Under the pieces are notes generated by a model. The model made no database searches, was not told where the DNA came from, and was given only the letters and a program-made list of their open reading frames with translations. Below, one piece after another: positions 60,398-64,000 of a DNA stretch of 64,000 nt (position 1 is its first letter; each line of letters starts with the position of its first letter). The translations under genes and the position numbers were made by a program. The DNA is from an uncultured Nitrososphaerota archaeon. Its GTDB lineage: Archaea > Thermoproteota > Nitrososphaeria > Nitrososphaerales > Gagatemarchaeaceae. Location of the stretch: NCBI GenBank assembly GCA_963718895.1, contig CAVRAG010000008.1, positions 1,024,001 to 1,088,000 on the forward strand, written 5' to 3'.

Positions 60398-61152
60398 GTT
60401 ATCGCAATCGCCACCGATTTTGTCTCCGTGCCCGCCGGTCCGTCTGTGGGTGCGAGGAATATCTCCTCCGTGAGGGGGTCGACCCTGATGCTGGCGCGCC
60501 CTTCGGTCACCACGAACGCTACGAGGTAGGCGCGCACAGCGGTCTCCTCGAAGGTCGGTGCCCGTATGAACTGTCTGTAGTCCATCTCCCCGCCCGCGGA
60601 CCTTTGGACTAGCTCGCCGCGGATGGCGTTGAGTCTAGTCTCGAACTCCTCCTTCGTGAAGATGTTGAGCGCCTGCAGCTCCTCGAAGTTCATCTGCCCC
60701 GGAGCGACCGCGTAGTTGCCCAGGCCCTCCCTGAACCGCTCTGACATCGGGACCAGCTCTCGCCAGTAGGTGAACGCCCTCTCCAGGCCCCTCGCGGTAA
60801 GCTGGTCGACCTGGGCCACGGGGTGCCAGCACTTGACGAAGCTGTCCGCCAGATCCTCGCGGGTGAGGAGCCGGATCTTGAGCTCGAGCAGGAGCGGGTC
60901 GATGTAGAGCGACGACGCGCGGTGCTTGATCCACTGGTCCTGCAACCTGACGATCGCGACCAGCTGCTGCAACGCCTCCGAGTCCTTCAGCATCACGTCG
61001 ATGAGCTTCCACTCTGGGAGGTGCTTCTTGAGCATCATGAGCTTCTCCCTGATGTCGACCTCGAAGGGGTTCACGCTCGACGACTGGACCGACTTGCAGA
61101 GCTCGATCAGCCTGAGGATGTCCTCGAGCTTCTTATCTTCCCTTTCCGGCAA
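60394..61152 (-). CDS. Kleisin (ScpA-like)
   Basis: VNPFEVDIREKL resembles the ScpA N-terminus; C-terminal WH (AYLVAFVVTEG..DPLTEEIFL). Confidence 0.65.
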   Translation of the reverse strand: MPEREDKKLEDILRLIELCKSVQSSSVNPFEVDIREKLMMLKKHLPEWKLIDVMLKDSEALQQLVAIVRLQDQWIKHRASSLYIDPLLLELKIRLLTREDLADSFVKCWHPVAQVDQLTARGLERAFTYWRELVPMSERFREGLGNYAVAPGQMNFEELQALNIFTKEEFETRLNAIRGELVQRSAGGEMDYRQFIRAPTFEETAVRAYLVAFVVTEGRASIRVDPLTEEIFLAPTDGPAGTETKSVAIAIT

Positions 61153-63166
61153 ACTCCTTCACCTCAGAGGCGCCGTGCACCGACTGCACCGTTATGACGT
61201 GGGCTGACCTGTCGATCACCGTTATTATCGAAGGAGTGATGACGATGTTCTGCGAGTTGCTGTTCTGCTTCGACCCTGCGAGTATCATCTTGAATATCGC
61301 CTCCCGGTTCCTCGGATCCATGTGGATGTCGAACTCGTCCATCGCCCTCAGCGGCGAGATTATCCTGCTCTGGAGCGACAGGATGAAGGCGACGAGGGCG
61401 ACCGACCGCTCTCCTCCGCTCTGCGTGTACGGGTCGAGGACGCTGGGAGGCGCGCCCTTGTAGCCGACCAGCAGCTGGAAGCCGGTCTCCTCTATGCTGT
61501 CGCCCTCTTCGAGCCTGATGGCTCCGCTCGCCCCGACGGTCGAGAGCACCTGCTGGTACACCGGCGTTATCTCGTCGATGAGGTTCTGGATCGCCGTCCG
61601 CCAGGCCTTTTTGCGCTCCTCGAGCTCCCGCAGCATGAGTCCCTTGTTCTCCTGGAGCTGGGTGAGCTTGTCCTTCAGGCCCTCGATGTTCCCCATGTAG
61701 TCCTTGTAGATCCGCTCAGCGTCCTCGGGGAGGTCCTGGAGCTTCTGGATCTGGGCGGAGACGAGCTTCAGCTCCTCAGAGACCTCGTAGGGCTGCCTCT
61801 CGGTGACTATCCTCTCGCCTGCCCTCTCCAGCTCGGGTCTCAGCGCCCCCAGCTCCCCCACTACCTCCTTCTCGGAGCGCTCCAGCTCCCTGATCTCTGA
61901 CTCGGTGATCTTTATCCGGTACGCGAGCACCTCGAACCTGACTCGCTGCGAGATGTACTCGTCGGTCGTCTTTCTGATGAGGTCCTCCACCCCGCCCAGC
62001 TCGGCCTGCAGCGAGGCGACCTCCCGGTCCAGCTCTAACTTCTTTCGTCCTGCCTCCTCCGAGGCGGTCTTCGAGCTCTGTGAGGAGAAGTCCAGGAACT
62101 CCTCGAAACGCTTCAGCTTCTTCTGGTCCGCACCTGACCTGAGATCGCGGAGGTCTTCCCTGATCATCTCGAGCTCGGTCCTGAGCTTCTCCATCGCGCC
62201 GCGGGCGCCCTCGTCTCCGGCCCGCTCTCTCTCCGCGCGGACCACAGCACCGTAGAGCTTCCCGAGCTCGACCTGCCTGTCAAGAAGGGCTCGGTGCAGC
62301 GCCTCGGACTCCACCCCAGACTTCTGCTGCTGGTCGGAGACGTCATCGAGGCTCTCCCTCTTCATCGCGAGCTTCTCGCGGACGGACTGGATGGACTTGG
62401 AGAGCTTTCCCTCCTGGGCCCAGAGCAGCTCCCTCCCGAGAAGCGCACGGTGGTCCACCAGCTTCTTCTTCTCCAGGTAGCGGTCGTAGATCTGCTTCCA
62501 GTACTCGATTGTCTGGTTGGCGTTCTCCATCAACTGGATCAGCGAGCCCTCCTCGCTTATCATGCTCTTCAGGTCGCTCTCCGACTGGAAGATCCTCTCG
62601 CGATACTCGCGGAACCCGACGGCCTCCTCTACCATCGTGAGCCGCTGCTGGGTGGAGATCGCGCCGAGCTCCTCGATCATGCCCTGGTGCATGATGATCA
62701 GGAGGTTGTCGGGGTTGATCCCGAACTCGCTGAGGAGCCTCACGACCTCGCTCTTGTCTATCTCCTTGTAGTCCGCCTCATACCAGTACGAGCCGTCCTT
62801 CCTGAGGTAGCGCGATAGCATGAAAGTGTCGGACTTGGAGTAGGGGATGGGCCTCTTTCCCTTGGTCTCCCTGTTGTCGAAGATCAGCGAGACCCTCGCG
62901 ATGTCCTTCCCGCGCCGTATCAGGTCGCTGAGCTTCCTCGACCTCTCCGTGTACGCCTGGCCGAAGGCTACGGAGATGGCGAGCAGGACGGACGACTTGC
63001 CCGCGCCGTTCGGCCCCACGATGAGGTTGAGGCCGCCCGTCAGAGGTATTCTTGCGTACTCGTAGCTCATGAAGTTCTCTAGGATTATCTCCTTGATCGG
63101 GGGAGAGAACGTCTTCTCCCTGGTTGATAACTCTCCAAGAGGCTTCGACAAGGGTCGGAAAGGCAA
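61133..63166 (-). CDS. Short SMC5/6-like (coalescin-like) SMC ATPase
   Basis: LENFMSY, GPNGAGKSS, coiled coils, QSGGERS, PLRAMDEFDIHMDPRNRE; start uncertain. Confidence 0.85.
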   Translation of the reverse strand: MPFRPLSKPLGELSTREKTFSPPIKEIILENFMSYEYARIPLTGGLNLIVGPNGAGKSSVLLAISVAFGQAYTERSRKLSDLIRRGKDIARVSLIFDNRETKGKRPIPYSKSDTFMLSRYLRKDGSYWYEADYKEIDKSEVVRLLSEFGINPDNLLIIMHQGMIEELGAISTQQRLTMVEEAVGFREYRERIFQSESDLKSMISEEGSLIQLMENANQTIEYWKQIYDRYLEKKKLVDHRALLGRELLWAQEGKLSKSIQSVREKLAMKRESLDDVSDQQQKSGVESEALHRALLDRQVELGKLYGAVVRAERERAGDEGARGAMEKLRTELEMIREDLRDLRSGADQKKLKRFEEFLDFSSQSSKTASEEAGRKKLELDREVASLQAELGGVEDLIRKTTDEYISQRVRFEVLAYRIKITESEIRELERSEKEVVGELGALRPELERAGERIVTERQPYEVSEELKLVSAQIQKLQDLPEDAERIYKDYMGNIEGLKDKLTQLQENKGLMLRELEERKKAWRTAIQNLIDEITPVYQQVLSTVGASGAIRLEEGDSIEETGFQLLVGYKGAPPSVLDPYTQSGGERSVALVAFILSLQSRIISPLRAMDEFDIHMDPRNREAIFKMILAGSKQNSNSQNIVITPSIITVIDRSAHVITVQSVHGASEVKEFAGKGR

Positions 63167-63236
63167 ACCGTTTAGGTATTTTAGGCGTGCGGTGTCCGCG
63201 TGCGAAAATCTCGATTAGCTTTTACCATGGCTGTCC

Positions 63237-63935
63237 GTGGCTCCCAGCGTCTTGGTCCTAGCGGCGAAACTGTTCGTGGTCAAGGAGGAAAAGAACCTCC
63301 CCCTCCTCGCTACGAAGCTAAAGAACTTCAAGATTGAGCAGGAGATGACGGTCGAGGAGAAGAGCTTCAACCTCCTCTCGGAGATATCGGACATCAGCAT
63401 CTCCAAGGACACGCTCGAAGGGACGTTCTCCTACGACACGGTATTCATGGTCAACCAGAGAGGCGACTCCATCCCGGTGAGCAGGACGTTCCAGGCGCCG
63501 TTCACGTTCAACCTCTTCGGGGAGAACGTCTACCTCACCATCTTCGACAAGAAGAGCAGGGCCAACAACGTGGCGAACGAGATGAGCAAGGCTCTCTTCA
63601 TGAGTCTCGGCCAGATAGTGGAGGCGAGAATCCCTCCTGAGGTCCTCAAGAGGTTCCACGAGGAGAACTTCGAGAACACGAAGATACTCTTCTTCGATTC
63701 CGTGGACCTCCCCAACATCTCCAAGCTCTCGCTCTACGGTGAGGCGCTGGGCACGACGACTCTCTACAACGACTATCTCGAGCACGGCCAGATCTGGTAC
63801 GCGGTCGTGAAGTCGAAGAAGTTCGGATACGTGGTCGGGGTCACGAGGAACGCCGTCGTGACGTGCTTCAGCAGGGCAGAGATGCCCGAGTTCAAGACGT
63901 ACGTCAAGGCGGAGATTATCCCCCTCCTGAAGTGA
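63237..63935 (+). CDS. Conserved archaeal hypothetical protein, divergent from smc
   Basis: Long ORF with core-like codon usage; no motif recognised. Confidence 0.75.
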   Translation: MAPSVLVLAAKLFVVKEEKNLPLLATKLKNFKIEQEMTVEEKSFNLLSEISDISISKDTLEGTFSYDTVFMVNQRGDSIPVSRTFQAPFTFNLFGENVYLTIFDKKSRANNVANEMSKALFMSLGQIVEARIPPEVLKRFHEENFENTKILFFDSVDLPNISKLSLYGEALGTTTLYNDYLEHGQIWYAVVKSKKFGYVVGVTRNAVVTCFSRAEMPEFKTYVKAEIIPLLK

Positions 63936-64000
63936 GCCTTCCGGGAACGAGGGCGCGCTCCGTCTCCGGGCATTCAGCTAGCGTAATTAGGCTCCTCGTC

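Noticed and set aside
1-64000. CRISPR arrays, rRNA, integrase, and the many long overlapping ORFs in the track
   Set aside because: No regularly spaced repeats, rRNA or integrase motifs seen; the overlapping ORFs are GC-rich shadow frames of identified genes

Overview
Archaeal (TACK-type; likely a high-GC non-ammonia-oxidising Nitrososphaerota-like lineage, by inference) chromosomal window. Many single-base frameshifts in housekeeping genes are most simply explained as long-read indel errors. The core regions carry: a UPF0182 membrane protein; a tRNA-Ala(GGC) with three BHB introns; an ABC transporter; rpl3-rpl4-rpl23-rpl2-rps19; a large branched-chain amino acid (BCAA) cluster (ilvB-ilvN-leuA-leuC-leuD-leuB-ilvE, lpdA-lipB, lipA and a 2-oxoacid dehydrogenase E1a/E1b/E2, with ilvC and ilvD further right); Lhr helicase; a two-gene glutamate synthase; and an SMC5/6-like SMC-kleisin-kite operon. 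A ~17.5 kb accessory island (~30.0-47.5 kb) splits the BCAA cluster. It holds an RHS-core remnant with an orphan toxin/immunity-like pair, secreted G1-type peptidases sharing a promoter motif, IS200/605 and IS66 relics, and an operon made of a small ORF, a membrane-anchored HerA/VirB4-like ATPase, a giant protein with a C-terminal PD-(D/E)XK nuclease, and an acidic immunity-like gene. The most notable finds are (1) a Val/Leu/Ile-rich leader peptide with mutually exclusive RNA hairpins upstream of ilvB, a bacterial-style attenuator in an archaeon, and (2) the ATPase-toxin-immunity operon with its own palindromic operators.
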